This document shows positions 18,463 to 28,057 of a DNA stretch of 64,000 nucleotides, piece by piece. Source of the stretch: a virus. A model generated the notes under the pieces. It had not been told where the DNA came from. It saw only the letters and a list, made by a program, of their open reading frames with translations, and did no database searches. Position 1 is the stretch's first letter, and every line of letters begins with the position of its first letter. Position numbers and translations under genes: made by a program. The DNA lies in the IMG/VR virus record IMGVR_UViG_3300019458_000032, positions 1-64,000 of that record. One strand, given 5' to 3'.

Positions 18463-20626
18463 ACATGATTTAATCTACGGTAAAGCTTCCGTGGATCGAA
18501 TTGTTAATATTGAAGTCACTGACGATGTTGCAGAGATTTATCGTGAATTAGAAGATGGTTCTATAAATGTCACTGTAGTTCCTAATAAATTTTGGATATT
18601 AGCTAATCAGCAATTGGATAGAAATTTTGTAAGACTCAAGGGTGATCTTCATTATAAATGGGGTCGTCAATTTTCAGAACGTAAACAATTCTCTCAATTC
18701 AGATATTTTACTAAACAACGTGATGAGGATATATTTTCTGTATATGATGCGAAAGAAGCTTTAATGCTTAAAGATGGTTATACATATTATAAAAATATGA
18801 GACCACAAGATGTATCAATTCTATCATTCGATATTGAAACAACATCATTAGATCCAAATATTCCAGAAGCCACAGTTCTTCTTATTTCTAATACACTTAG
18901 AAAGAATGGAAAGATTGAGAAGAAATTATTTTCTTTTGAAGATTCTGGAAGTGCTGGGCAAATGATAGAGGACTGGTGTGATTGGGTAAGAAAAGTTAAT
19001 CCAGCTATTATATGTGGACACAATATTTTTTCTTTTGATTTACCATATTTAAATTCTATTGCTGAAAAATGTGAAGTCGAATTAAAATTGGGTCGCAATG
19101 GAAATATTGTTAAATTTGATAAGTTTGAATCACAAAAAAGAATAGATCAAACTAGAGATCAGAATTATAAACGTTCTCATATTTATGGTAGAGAAATTAT
19201 TGATACAATGTTTCTTGCGATTGATTATGATATTTCAAAAAAATATGAATCATATGCATTAAAGAAAATCATTGCTCAAGAAGGTTTAGAGAAAAAAGAT
19301 CGTGTATTTTATGATGCCGCTAAAATTAGAGTTAATTATAAAGATCCTGTAGAATGGACTAAAATAAAAGAATATTGTAAAGATGACGCAGATGATGCAT
19401 TAGCACTCTTTGATTTAATGTCTGCACCCTTTTTCTATATGACTCAATCTGTTCCTAAATCATTTGAATTGATGATTCAATCTGCAACCGGATCAAAAAT
19501 TAATTCTGTAATGATGAGAGCTTATTTACAACAAGGACATAGTCTTCCAAAAACAAATCCAGTTGTTGCATATCAAGGTGCAATATCTTTAGGTAAAGAA
19601 AATGCTGGAGTATTTAATAATGTTTGGAAAGTTGACGTTGCAAGTCTATATCCTTCAATTATGATTGAATATGAAGTTTGTGATAAAGCTAAAGATCCAA
19701 ATGAATACTTTAAAACTCTTGTGAGGGTGTTTACGGAAAAAAGATTAGAATATAAAAAGAAAGCTAAAGAGGATAAATATTATGATGATCTCCAGGCCGC
19801 GTTCAAAATATTCATTAACAGTGCTTATGGTTTCCTTGGCACTCAAGGGCTATCGTTTAACTCTCCATCTAATGCGTCGTTTATCACAGAAAAAGGGAGA
19901 GAGATTCTTAACAAGGCAATTGCTTGGGCAGCCGATCAAAACCTTCAACTTGTCAATGCCGATACAGATTCTATTTCTGTTACTGAGAAAGATGGCTCAT
20001 ATATTTCTGTGGATAAACGCAAAGCTTTACTTCAAAGCTTATGTTCTCTATACCCTAGCAGAATCTCATGGGAAGACGACGGATATTATACAAAAGTAAT
20101 TACGGTTGGAACGAAAAATTATATCTTAAAGAAAGAAGATGGTAAAGTAACTATTAAAGGTTCTGCATTAAAAGGTAAAACTCGTGAACCCGCATTAAAT
20201 GAATTCATGAATAAAATGATTGATAAACTTCTAAATAATGATACAAATTATTTATCATTGTATTATGAATATGTTAAAGAAATATTACAAATTAAAGATA
20301 TTACTCGTTGGGTAATGAGAAAATCTATTTCTGAAAATACAATAAAATCTACACGTCTTAATGAAACAAAGATTATAGATGCCATTAAAGGAACAGAATA
20401 TAGAGAAGGTGATAGAGTTTACATGTTCTTTAAATCTGACGACACTCTTTGTTTACTTGAAAAATATGATGGTGATTATTCTAGAGAAAGATTTTTAGAA
20501 AAACTTTATAATACAGTTGAAATATTACATTTGGTAATAGATGTAAATCAATTTCCAGATCTAAGTCTAGCAAAGAAAACTATCATGAAAAGATATCATA
20601 TTGACTTGGATAATTTTACATTATGA
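18452..20626 (+). CDS. polB: family B DNA polymerase with 3'-5' exonuclease
   Basis: ExoI SFDIET, ExoII GHNIFSFDLPYL, ExoIII YCKDD; DVASLYPS, KIFINSAYG, NADTDS, KNY. Confidence 0.95.
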   Translation: MTSEHDLIYGKASVDRIVNIEVTDDVAEIYRELEDGSINVTVVPNKFWILANQQLDRNFVRLKGDLHYKWGRQFSERKQFSQFRYFTKQRDEDIFSVYDAKEALMLKDGYTYYKNMRPQDVSILSFDIETTSLDPNIPEATVLLISNTLRKNGKIEKKLFSFEDSGSAGQMIEDWCDWVRKVNPAIICGHNIFSFDLPYLNSIAEKCEVELKLGRNGNIVKFDKFESQKRIDQTRDQNYKRSHIYGREIIDTMFLAIDYDISKKYESYALKKIIAQEGLEKKDRVFYDAAKIRVNYKDPVEWTKIKEYCKDDADDALALFDLMSAPFFYMTQSVPKSFELMIQSATGSKINSVMMRAYLQQGHSLPKTNPVVAYQGAISLGKENAGVFNNVWKVDVASLYPSIMIEYEVCDKAKDPNEYFKTLVRVFTEKRLEYKKKAKEDKYYDDLQAAFKIFINSAYGFLGTQGLSFNSPSNASFITEKGREILNKAIAWAADQNLQLVNADTDSISVTEKDGSYISVDKRKALLQSLCSLYPSRISWEDDGYYTKVITVGTKNYILKKEDGKVTIKGSALKGKTREPALNEFMNKMIDKLLNNDTNYLSLYYEYVKEILQIKDITRWVMRKSISENTIKSTRLNETKIIDAIKGTEYREGDRVYMFFKSDDTLCLLEKYDGDYSRERFLEKLYNTVEILHLVIDVNQFPDLSLAKKTIMKRYHIDLDNFTL

Positions 20627-21561
20627 AGTTTCCTAGAGAAGAAATTAATTTTATTTTCGACGACGGGGGAGTTGGAGATAACGTGGCGAGAATGCCTTGT
20701 TTACGTTATATCAAGGATCATTTTCCATGGGTTACTCCTTACTTATGGACACCAGATTACTTTCTAGAATTTGCTCGTAATATTGCTCCAGACATTAAAA
20801 TTTATCCTTTTTCTCAAGGGTATAAGAAATTTAAAGATAAAATACCTGGAAGACAAACTACAATGAAACATCATGATACTCTTTCAACACATTTAACAGA
20901 TCATGCATTCCATGTATTAGCTAATAGACAAGTTAAGATTGAAAATAAAAATTATCTACCCTTAAGAAATATAGATGGTATAGATATTACAAGATTTAAT
21001 CTTCCAAAAGAATATGTTGTAATGACAACAGGATTTACTGCTCCTATAAGAGAATTTTTACCCCAAAAGGTTAACACAATTGTACAATATTTAAATGAAA
21101 GAAATATGTCTGTAGTATTTCTTGGAAGTAAGCAAGCAATAACTGGTGGTATGTCTCAAGACATTACTGGTAATTTTAACACAGAAATAGATTATTCTAA
21201 AGGTTTAAATCTTGTTGATCAAACTTCACTTCTTGAAGCTGCTAAAATTATAGCCCAATCTAAAGCAATTATTGGATTGGATAATGGACTTCTACATCTT
21301 GCTGCATGTAGTGATGTACCTATTATAGGTGGATTCACAAGTGTAGATCCATGGCTTAGGAATCCCTATCGTCATAATGAATTAGGTTGGAATTGTTATA
21401 ATGTAGTTCCACCTGACTCTGAACCTGAGAAGTTCTTTCAATCCAGAATGGATTTTCTGTATGAACATGATTATAGATATAGTTTTTATAAAAATAATAA
21501 TTTAATTGAGAGTCTACCAACAGAAGATTTTATTAAATATCTAGAAGAGGTTTTGAAATGA
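20623..21561 (+). CDS. GT9 (heptosyltransferase-like) glycosyltransferase
   Basis: GGVGDNV N-terminal motif; L..QTSL.E...II...IGLDNGLLHLAA. Confidence 0.82.
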   Translation: MKFPREEINFIFDDGGVGDNVARMPCLRYIKDHFPWVTPYLWTPDYFLEFARNIAPDIKIYPFSQGYKKFKDKIPGRQTTMKHHDTLSTHLTDHAFHVLANRQVKIENKNYLPLRNIDGIDITRFNLPKEYVVMTTGFTAPIREFLPQKVNTIVQYLNERNMSVVFLGSKQAITGGMSQDITGNFNTEIDYSKGLNLVDQTSLLEAAKIIAQSKAIIGLDNGLLHLAACSDVPIIGGFTSVDPWLRNPYRHNELGWNCYNVVPPDSEPEKFFQSRMDFLYEHDYRYSFYKNNNLIESLPTEDFIKYLEEVLK

Positions 21562-22112
21562 GAAATGTTGGTGGGGAGAGTCGTAAGACTTATCAACAGA
21601 AATTAGATTCAGGCTTCTTCACTAAATGGATGTCGGGTGTAGGAATTGACATAGGCTACAAAGGTTACGAACAAAATGTTGTCTCAATCCTAGAAACGGC
21701 CCAAGGCATTGATATGGACACACCAGGCTATGACGGTAAAACTCTTCCATTTCTTGACAAATCTATGGATTATGTGTATAGTAGTCATACATTAGAACAT
21801 ATCCTTGATTATAAACAAGCTATACAGGAGTGGTTCAGAGTTATAAAAATTGGTGGATATATAATCACAGTTGTACCGCATCAATGGTTATACGAAAAAA
21901 AGAAAGAACTCCCAAGTCAGTTCAACGGAGACCACCGTCGCTTCTATTTGGCATCATCGCTTCTCAAAGAATTTGAAGATTCATTAGAAGTTAATAGTTT
22001 TAGAGTTAGACATTTAAGAGAAAATGATGAAGGTCATAATTATAACGATCCTCCCGAAGTACATGGTAGATGGTTATATGAAATTGAACTTGTTATAGAG
22101 AGGATAAAATGA
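21558..22112 (+). CDS. class I SAM-dependent methyltransferase (type 11-like)
   Basis: GIDIG, LPF.D.S.DYVYSSHTLEH, EWFRVIK.GG. Confidence 0.85.
   Translation: MRNVGGESRKTYQQKLDSGFFTKWMSGVGIDIGYKGYEQNVVSILETAQGIDMDTPGYDGKTLPFLDKSMDYVYSSHTLEHILDYKQAIQEWFRVIKIGGYIITVVPHQWLYEKKKELPSQFNGDHRRFYLASSLLKEFEDSLEVNSFRVRHLRENDEGHNYNDPPEVHGRWLYEIELVIERIK
21754..21782 (+). promoter_or_regulatory. intragenic sigma70-type promoter
   Basis: TTGACA-17 nt-TATAGT with TG extension. Confidence 0.5.
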
Positions 22113-22558
22113 AAATATTTCCTTGGTTAGTAATTGGCAAATGGGTTAATGTTGTTTTTGGGTCTGGATATTTAAAACGACTAATAATTTTTGAATGTAA
22201 ATATTTATTCAGTATTTATTTAAATATTTGAAAAACAATTGAACATGATAGATTCCATACACATGCATTTTCATCCATTAGTTTTATGATGATGGGAGAA
22301 TATGATGAAGAACGTCTTTTAGAAAATGGAAAAATTATAAAATATACTATAAAAGCTCCATTTATTCGTTTTATCAGTCGTAGTAATAATCATCGTATGT
22401 TAGAGGCCAGAGGATTAACGATTTCAATGTCAATTACTGGACCTTGGGACAAAATATGGTCTGAAACTTTAATTAAAGATAAAAATAAAAGATTTTTAAC
22501 ATGGGGACGTAAAGTATTATTTGAAGAAAAACCAAATGACAAAAGAATTACAGGATAA
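22109..22558 (+). pseudogene. cupin-like protein interrupted by one in-frame TGA (22229-22231)
   Basis: ATG 22109 (ATGA-coupled) is in frame with ORF 22286: ...FSIYLNI*KTIEHDRFHTHAF..SF...GEY.EE...HR...TGP. Confidence 0.7.
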
Positions 22559-22560
22559 AT

Positions 22561-23154
22561 ATGAATAGAGTTATTATACGTTATAAAAGAGCTAAAAATA
22601 TAATAGGAAAAAGATATAATAGATTGGTAGTTTTAGAACAAAATGGTTGGAAAGAATTAACAAATAATAGAACCGCAATATGGAAATGTCTATGTGATTG
22701 TGGAAATATTGTTGATGTACCATTAACTTATTTAAATGTAGAAAGTACAGGAAGTTGTGGATGTTTACAAAAAGAAGTTGCCGCCAGAAATGGAAGGGCT
22801 AATTTTAAAGGTGATGAGATCTCTGGTTTTAATAAAATTAAAGGTGAATATAAAAAAAGAGCAAAACTTAAAAATATGGATTTCGATTTAACGGATGAAC
22901 AAATAAGAATTTTATTTACAGATAAATGTTATTATTGTGAAGCTGAACCAAAACAAATATCTAGAGTTAATGCTATTGAACAAAGAGGTTTATTTCTATA
23001 TAATGGTATTGATAGAGTTGATAACACTAAAGGGTATACTTTAGAAAATTCAGTTAGTTGTTGTAAATATTGTAATACTGCTAAACATGATTTAACCGTT
23101 GAACAATTTATAAATCATATGAAATTAATTTTAAAAACTTTGGAGTCAAAATGA
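22561..23154 (+). CDS. HNH homing endonuclease
   Basis: IGKRYNRLVV, WKC.CDCG, SCGC, CYYC, NGIDRVDN.KGY..EN.V.CC..CN.AK. Confidence 0.88.
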   Translation: MNRVIIRYKRAKNIIGKRYNRLVVLEQNGWKELTNNRTAIWKCLCDCGNIVDVPLTYLNVESTGSCGCLQKEVAARNGRANFKGDEISGFNKIKGEYKKRAKLKNMDFDLTDEQIRILFTDKCYYCEAEPKQISRVNAIEQRGLFLYNGIDRVDNTKGYTLENSVSCCKYCNTAKHDLTVEQFINHMKLILKTLESK

Positions 23155-24005
23155 ACAGGTCTGCGTTCATTTGTATTTGCACTGCTGAATACCTAAATCA
23201 CTACATTGAACTCTATAAGAGTTTACAAGAACATGCTCCAGGTGAGAAACAAATTCTCTATTATATTAAAGCAAAAAAAACAATAGATGAAATAAAAGAA
23301 GAACATGGATTCGACGAAATAGTTGATTTAACTTCAGAATTTTATACATGTAATCCTTCATACAATATTCTAGAACGTATATGTTCTCTTAGAGCTAGAG
23401 TTGTATTGGATGCTTTCGAGAAGGGATATACAAATGTTGTATTTCTTGGAGCTAAAGTTGAGTTCTTTAGCAGTCCTCATCATCTAATTAGCCCTTTAAA
23501 TGCCTTTATTGCGCCCTATAAGGCTGTTGTAACCCCTCATATCCTAGAACCCTTACCAGATGATGGAAAGTTTCCTTCTAACGCTTCTGTGAGCTTTACA
23601 GGCCATATATCTACAGATGTTGTAGCTTTTAGAAATGACCCAGAAATCATAAAATTTCTTCAATGGCAAGATGAAATTATGAAAACTCAATGTAAAACTA
23701 CAAATAACACATATTTAGATCAATCCTGGCTTAATTTTCTTCCATTCTTTGTTAATAATGTTTACATTCTAAGACATCCAGGTTATAATGTAGCTTATTG
23801 GTGCTATAAACAAAGAAATATGGAAAAATGTATGGATGGTCGTTGGATGGTTTCAAATAAAGATGAAAGAGATTTTCTAACATGTTTTCAATATTCAGGA
23901 TTAGATTTAAATAACCCTGAGAATATAAGTACACATCAGAATAGATATAAAGCAGAAGGTGATTTTTTAGAATTTTTAAAAGATTATGCTAAGAGAGTGA
24001 AATGA
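23151..24005 (+). CDS. GT-A-fold glycosyltransferase-like protein (DxD motif degenerate)
   Basis: F.CIC...YL......SL, TPH..P, DQ.WL.F, RHPGYNVAYW, F.YSG; FLGAKV where xLDxDx is expected. Confidence 0.7.
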   Translation: MNRSAFICICTAEYLNHYIELYKSLQEHAPGEKQILYYIKAKKTIDEIKEEHGFDEIVDLTSEFYTCNPSYNILERICSLRARVVLDAFEKGYTNVVFLGAKVEFFSSPHHLISPLNAFIAPYKAVVTPHILEPLPDDGKFPSNASVSFTGHISTDVVAFRNDPEIIKFLQWQDEIMKTQCKTTNNTYLDQSWLNFLPFFVNNVYILRHPGYNVAYWCYKQRNMEKCMDGRWMVSNKDERDFLTCFQYSGLDLNNPENISTHQNRYKAEGDFLEFLKDYAKRVK

Positions 24006-24202
24006 AAAGAAGTGAGATGATTTTAAATATAGCATCAGAATTAATACATGAACATACAAATCTTATACCATTTGACAAAGCTCAAGATTTAGCTGAAATT
24101 GTTTTAAATAGAATTGAAAAAGACGGAATGTTACCACCAATTGAACCATATCGTCGTGTTGAAGATTTAGATTTGGGTGTTCCAGAATGGGAAGAAGAAT
24201 GA
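24002..24202 (+). CDS. hypothetical protein, paralog of 10454-10699
   Basis: MKRSEMI...GMLPP...EWE. Confidence 0.6.
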   Translation: MKRSEMILNIASELIHEHTNLIPFDKAQDLAEIVLNRIEKDGMLPPIEPYRRVEDLDLGVPEWEEE

Positions 24203-24822
24203 AAGTAATAATCCCAGCATGCGGCTACGGAATCAGGATGGGGATGCAACCCAATGAATCTAAAGAGATGCTCATTGAAGAAATGCCTCATCCTGCTATG
24301 AAAAATTACAATCAACCAATTATTCAATATTCATTGGATATTTGTGAGCAATATAATTTAGATCCTATTGTAATAACTAGACCTCACAAGGAAGATCTTA
24401 TAGAATATCTTCATAAACACAGAATTGAAGTTATGATTCATCAACCCAAAGACGGTGAAGAGTGGGCATTAACAGTATTAGCTTCACAAAGACATTGGGA
24501 AGAGAATAATTTATTATTACTACCCGATACAAGATTTCATAGCACGGGTATTGTTTTAGATATTGAAGAGGGTTTAAAATTGGGCAATAATGCAGTATTT
24601 GCATTACATAACGTAGATGATCCTCATAACTGGGGAATTATTAAAGATTATAATTTAATTGAAAAACCCAAAACCCTTAGTGTTGGAAGATATTGGGCTT
24701 GGGGGTTAATTGCGTTTAAAGATTATTATGGAGAAGAACTATTTTCTTCAAAACAATTAACTTTAAAAGATGTTGGATTTTGTTATTTAGATCACTTTAG
24801 AGATATTACGAGAACTAAATGA
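24199..24822 (+). CDS. sugar-1-phosphate nucleotidyltransferase-like protein
   Basis: IIPACGYGIRM...SKEML, LLLPDT, WG.I, IEKP, WGLIAF. Confidence 0.8.
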   Translation: MKVIIPACGYGIRMGMQPNESKEMLIEEMPHPAMKNYNQPIIQYSLDICEQYNLDPIVITRPHKEDLIEYLHKHRIEVMIHQPKDGEEWALTVLASQRHWEENNLLLLPDTRFHSTGIVLDIEEGLKLGNNAVFALHNVDDPHNWGIIKDYNLIEKPKTLSVGRYWAWGLIAFKDYYGEELFSSKQLTLKDVGFCYLDHFRDITRTK

Positions 24823-25886
24823 AAGATAACTTTGGATTTTATTATTACGATATTTCCAAATTTGAAGAACTTGTAGAACAGAAGTATATAAGAAAATCTG
24901 AAACAGATGATCTTGTTTTATACACATATACAGAACAAACAACTTATGAAAAATATTGGAATGACTATACAAGAGCCGCCAGAGGTTTAATTCTAGATAA
25001 ACACACAGGAGAACTTGTTGCTAAACCTTTTCCTAAGTTTTTTAATTTAGGCGAAATGCCTGAAGTATATTTAACAAATCTTCCTTCTCTTGAATATACT
25101 GTATCCGAAAAAGTTGATGGTTCATTGGGTATTATTTATTTCTATAACAATAAATGGAATGTTGCAACAAAAGGTTCATTTGCTAGTGAACAATCAATTA
25201 AAGCTGAAGAAATATTAAAAAAATATGATTTAACTAAAATTAACACTAAAACAACTCTACTAGTTGAAATTATTTATCCTGAAAATAGAGTAGTTGTAGA
25301 TTATAACAACGAAGAAAAACTTGTTTTAATCGGTGCTTATAATAATGTAACCGGTAACGAATTTATAGATTTAGATGTCTATTCAAATTTAACTGGTTTG
25401 CCATTAAGAAAAACATATTCATACACAATCAATGAAATGATAAAGTTACAAAAAACTATTCCCAAGAATCAAGAGGGATTTGTTATTCGTTTCTCATCTG
25501 GATTAAGAATTAAAATTAAAGGCGAAGAGTATTTAAAAATACACAAAATTATATCTAATTTATCACCATTAAGTTTCTGGGAAGTTATGGAAAATGGAAA
25601 AGTTCCTATTAACTATATTCAACAAGTACCAGAAGAATTTCTTGACCAATTTGAACCAATTGTAATTGAGTTAGAAAAACGATATATTCAAATTAAAAAA
25701 GAAGTTGAAGAAGAATTTCACACTTTGCCAAATAAAGAATCTAGGAAAGAAGTAGGATTGCATCTTAAAAAATTTACATATAATCATGAATCCGCAATGT
25801 TTCCTATGTTACTTGATAAAAAAGATGTTGTAGACAAATATATAATGAAACAAATTAGACCAAAGGGTAATAGCTTTAATTTATAA
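24819..25886 (+). CDS. T4 Rnl1-like RNA ligase
   Basis: ARGLI, KPFPKFFN.GE, EKVDGSLG, ATKGSF, EII, EGFV, KIK..EY. Confidence 0.9.
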   Translation: MKDNFGFYYYDISKFEELVEQKYIRKSETDDLVLYTYTEQTTYEKYWNDYTRAARGLILDKHTGELVAKPFPKFFNLGEMPEVYLTNLPSLEYTVSEKVDGSLGIIYFYNNKWNVATKGSFASEQSIKAEEILKKYDLTKINTKTTLLVEIIYPENRVVVDYNNEEKLVLIGAYNNVTGNEFIDLDVYSNLTGLPLRKTYSYTINEMIKLQKTIPKNQEGFVIRFSSGLRIKIKGEEYLKIHKIISNLSPLSFWEVMENGKVPINYIQQVPEEFLDQFEPIVIELEKRYIQIKKEVEEEFHTLPNKESRKEVGLHLKKFTYNHESAMFPMLLDKKDVVDKYIMKQIRPKGNSFNL

Positions 25887-25888
25887 AT

Positions 25889-26113
25889 ATGGACAACATA
25901 CACGATATTACAAAAATTAAAAAAGCCAAGTTAATTGTTAAAGAACTAGAAATGGCTTTACAGGTAATTGAACTATCTATAGTGGGATTAAAACCATTTA
26001 AAAAATATACAGGAATAAAAGAAACAATTTATTCATTAAACGATAATAAAGAAACTCTTAATTTTCATTTAGAAGAATGGACAGAAATCTTAAATTCTAA
26101 AGGTAAAACATGA
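25889..26113 (+). CDS. hypothetical protein
   Basis: 74 aa coupled ORF. Confidence 0.5.
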   Translation: MDNIHDITKIKKAKLIVKELEMALQVIELSIVGLKPFKKYTGIKETIYSLNDNKETLNFHLEEWTEILNSKGKT

Positions 26114-26499
26114 GTGAAATAAAATATTATAAAAATACATTATGGCTTAAACCTTTTGTGGATAGCGTAAAGTCATTGGTGGATCACGATAAAATAAAGC
26201 TCATCAGAGGGTATAGTGTTCAACCTGGTAAAGAAAGAACACAATATGGGTCTATTATTCGTTATAATGATGACACTTATACAATAAACTTAAAACTATA
26301 TTCCTATAATAAAAATTTAAAGAAACAAGTTCCTGATGATTATGAAATTATTCTATGTACGTTAGCGCATGAATTAGCACACACAAAGCATTGGATACAT
26401 AAACCCGAACATTTTAAGCTTTTTTCGTTGATTTTACTACGTTTTTGTCGTATAATGAAGAAATTGAATATAAAGGATACAAATCAAGCTTGGAAATAA
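26110..26499 (+). CDS. zinc metallopeptidase (WLM/SprT-like)
   Basis: TLAHELAH...H...F HExxH motif. Confidence 0.7.
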   Translation: MSEIKYYKNTLWLKPFVDSVKSLVDHDKIKLIRGYSVQPGKERTQYGSIIRYNDDTYTINLKLYSYNKNLKKQVPDDYEIILCTLAHELAHTKHWIHKPEHFKLFSLILLRFCRIMKKLNIKDTNQAWK

Positions 26500-26534
26500 C
26501 AACTATATGTATTCAATAATATTACAGGAGTAAT

Positions 26535-27332
26535 ATGAAAAATAGAAAAAATGGTCCAAAAATTCTAACATTAGACATAGAAACATTTGGATATGTAGTT
26601 GAAACATGGGGAATTTGGGATCAAACTATACAACCGGATCAAATTATTAAAGATTGGTGTGTTGCAAGTTGGTCAGCTAAATGGATAGATGATCCCCCGG
26701 AAAAGATTATGTATATGGATAATAGAGATAGAAAAGACCCCAGAAATGATGAAAAAATTATTAAAGCAATGCATAAACTTTTAAATGAAGCTGATGTTAT
26801 TGTAACTCAAAACGGAAAATCTTTTGATATTAAGAAGTTAAATGCTCGCTTTGCTTTTTACGATTTAACTCCAACCAGACCATATAAACATTTTGATACA
26901 AAACAAGCAGCTAAAACTAAATTCGGCTTTACATCCAATAGTTTAAAACATCTTTGTGAATATCTTCATATTAAATATAAAAAATCTGACCATAAAAAGT
27001 TTCCAGGACGTGAATTATGGAGACAATGTGAGGCTAAAAACTTAAAAGCCTGGAAAGAAATGGAAAAATACAATAAAATCGATGTATTAGCTACAGAAGA
27101 AGTTTATAAAAAATTAGAACCCTGGACTAATACTCTTAATTTGGCAATTTTCACCGATTTAAATGAAGTAACTTGTAATTGTGGAAGTACAAAATTTCAC
27201 AGTAGAGGGTCTGCAAAAACCAAGACTTGTATTTATAAAAGATATCAATGTCAAGGATGTGGAACTTGGGTACAAGGAAAAAAAATACCTTTAACTAAAG
27301 AACAAAAAGAAAATCTTAGAAAAAAAGTTTAA
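26535..27332 (+). CDS. RNase H-like (DnaQ/DEDD) exonuclease with C-terminal zinc ribbon
   Basis: LDIET, QNGKSFDIK, DT, YN..DV; C.CGS...RYQC..CG. Confidence 0.85.
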   Translation: MKNRKNGPKILTLDIETFGYVVETWGIWDQTIQPDQIIKDWCVASWSAKWIDDPPEKIMYMDNRDRKDPRNDEKIIKAMHKLLNEADVIVTQNGKSFDIKKLNARFAFYDLTPTRPYKHFDTKQAAKTKFGFTSNSLKHLCEYLHIKYKKSDHKKFPGRELWRQCEAKNLKAWKEMEKYNKIDVLATEEVYKKLEPWTNTLNLAIFTDLNEVTCNCGSTKFHSRGSAKTKTCIYKRYQCQGCGTWVQGKKIPLTKEQKENLRKKV

Positions 27333-27353
27333 TTATTAACCGTGAGGTAAATT

Positions 27354-27608
27354 ATGTCAGATGGTAATGCAAAGTATGTTTCTAAAGCTTCAGATTTACA
27401 GGTAATTCTTGATTATCTGTCAAAGAAGACTGTAGCTGATGCAATCCAAGATTCAGGTCTTTGGGAAGCGGTAAGTGCTTTAAGACGCGCCATTCCTCTT
27501 GAATTAGAATTGAAGCTTAAGGCCGAACAAGACGTTAGAGACCTTGTAAAAGCTTCAGAGGCTGGAACAGCAGGTCCTGCCGAAACAACGTCATCCCAGG
27601 CCGTTTAA
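27354..27608 (+). CDS. hypothetical protein
   Basis: GAGG RBS, 84 aa. Confidence 0.6.
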   Translation: MSDGNAKYVSKASDLQVILDYLSKKTVADAIQDSGLWEAVSALRRAIPLELELKLKAEQDVRDLVKASEAGTAGPAETTSSQAV

Positions 27609-27622
27609 AGAGGAAATAACAC

Positions 27623-28048
27623 ATGTTTAATGACGACTCTAACCCTAAAGCTCAACTAGAAAGAATGAGAATGAGGGGTGAAGGCGGTGCTCCAACCAGA
27701 GCAAGCTCTTTGCCCTCTGACCCTGCTTCCAGAAAGAACTATCCTATTGCTACGGGAGTTCTAGACTACTTTCCAGATGCATTAGCTGCATTGGCTCAAA
27801 TCTCTAAAGCTGGAAATGATCAACATAATCCAGGACTTCCCTTACGTTGGACTAGAAGTAAATCTGGAGATGAATCAGATACATGTATGAGACATTTCCT
27901 ACAAAGAGGTACAATAGATACCGATGGTATGAGACATACAGCCAAAGCTGCTTGGAGAATGCTAGCCCTTTTACAGAAAGAAATTGAACAAGAACAAGAT
28001 AAACAGTTGACAATTAAAGAAGATCCTGATAATATAGAAAATAGTTAA
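27623..28048 (+). CDS. dATP/dGTP diphosphohydrolase-like (DUF5664) protein
   Basis: RK..P...GVLDYFPDAL..LA..S..GN.QHNPG..L.W.R.KS...D...RH...D.DG.RH.AKAAWR.LA. Confidence 0.8.
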   Translation: MFNDDSNPKAQLERMRMRGEGGAPTRASSLPSDPASRKNYPIATGVLDYFPDALAALAQISKAGNDQHNPGLPLRWTRSKSGDESDTCMRHFLQRGTIDTDGMRHTAKAAWRMLALLQKEIEQEQDKQLTIKEDPDNIENS

Positions 28049-28057
28049 AGGATTATT

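Noticed and set aside
18452-20626. Intein or intron in polB or the helicase
   Set aside because: Motif spacing is compact and no intein splice motifs or frame interruptions were seen.
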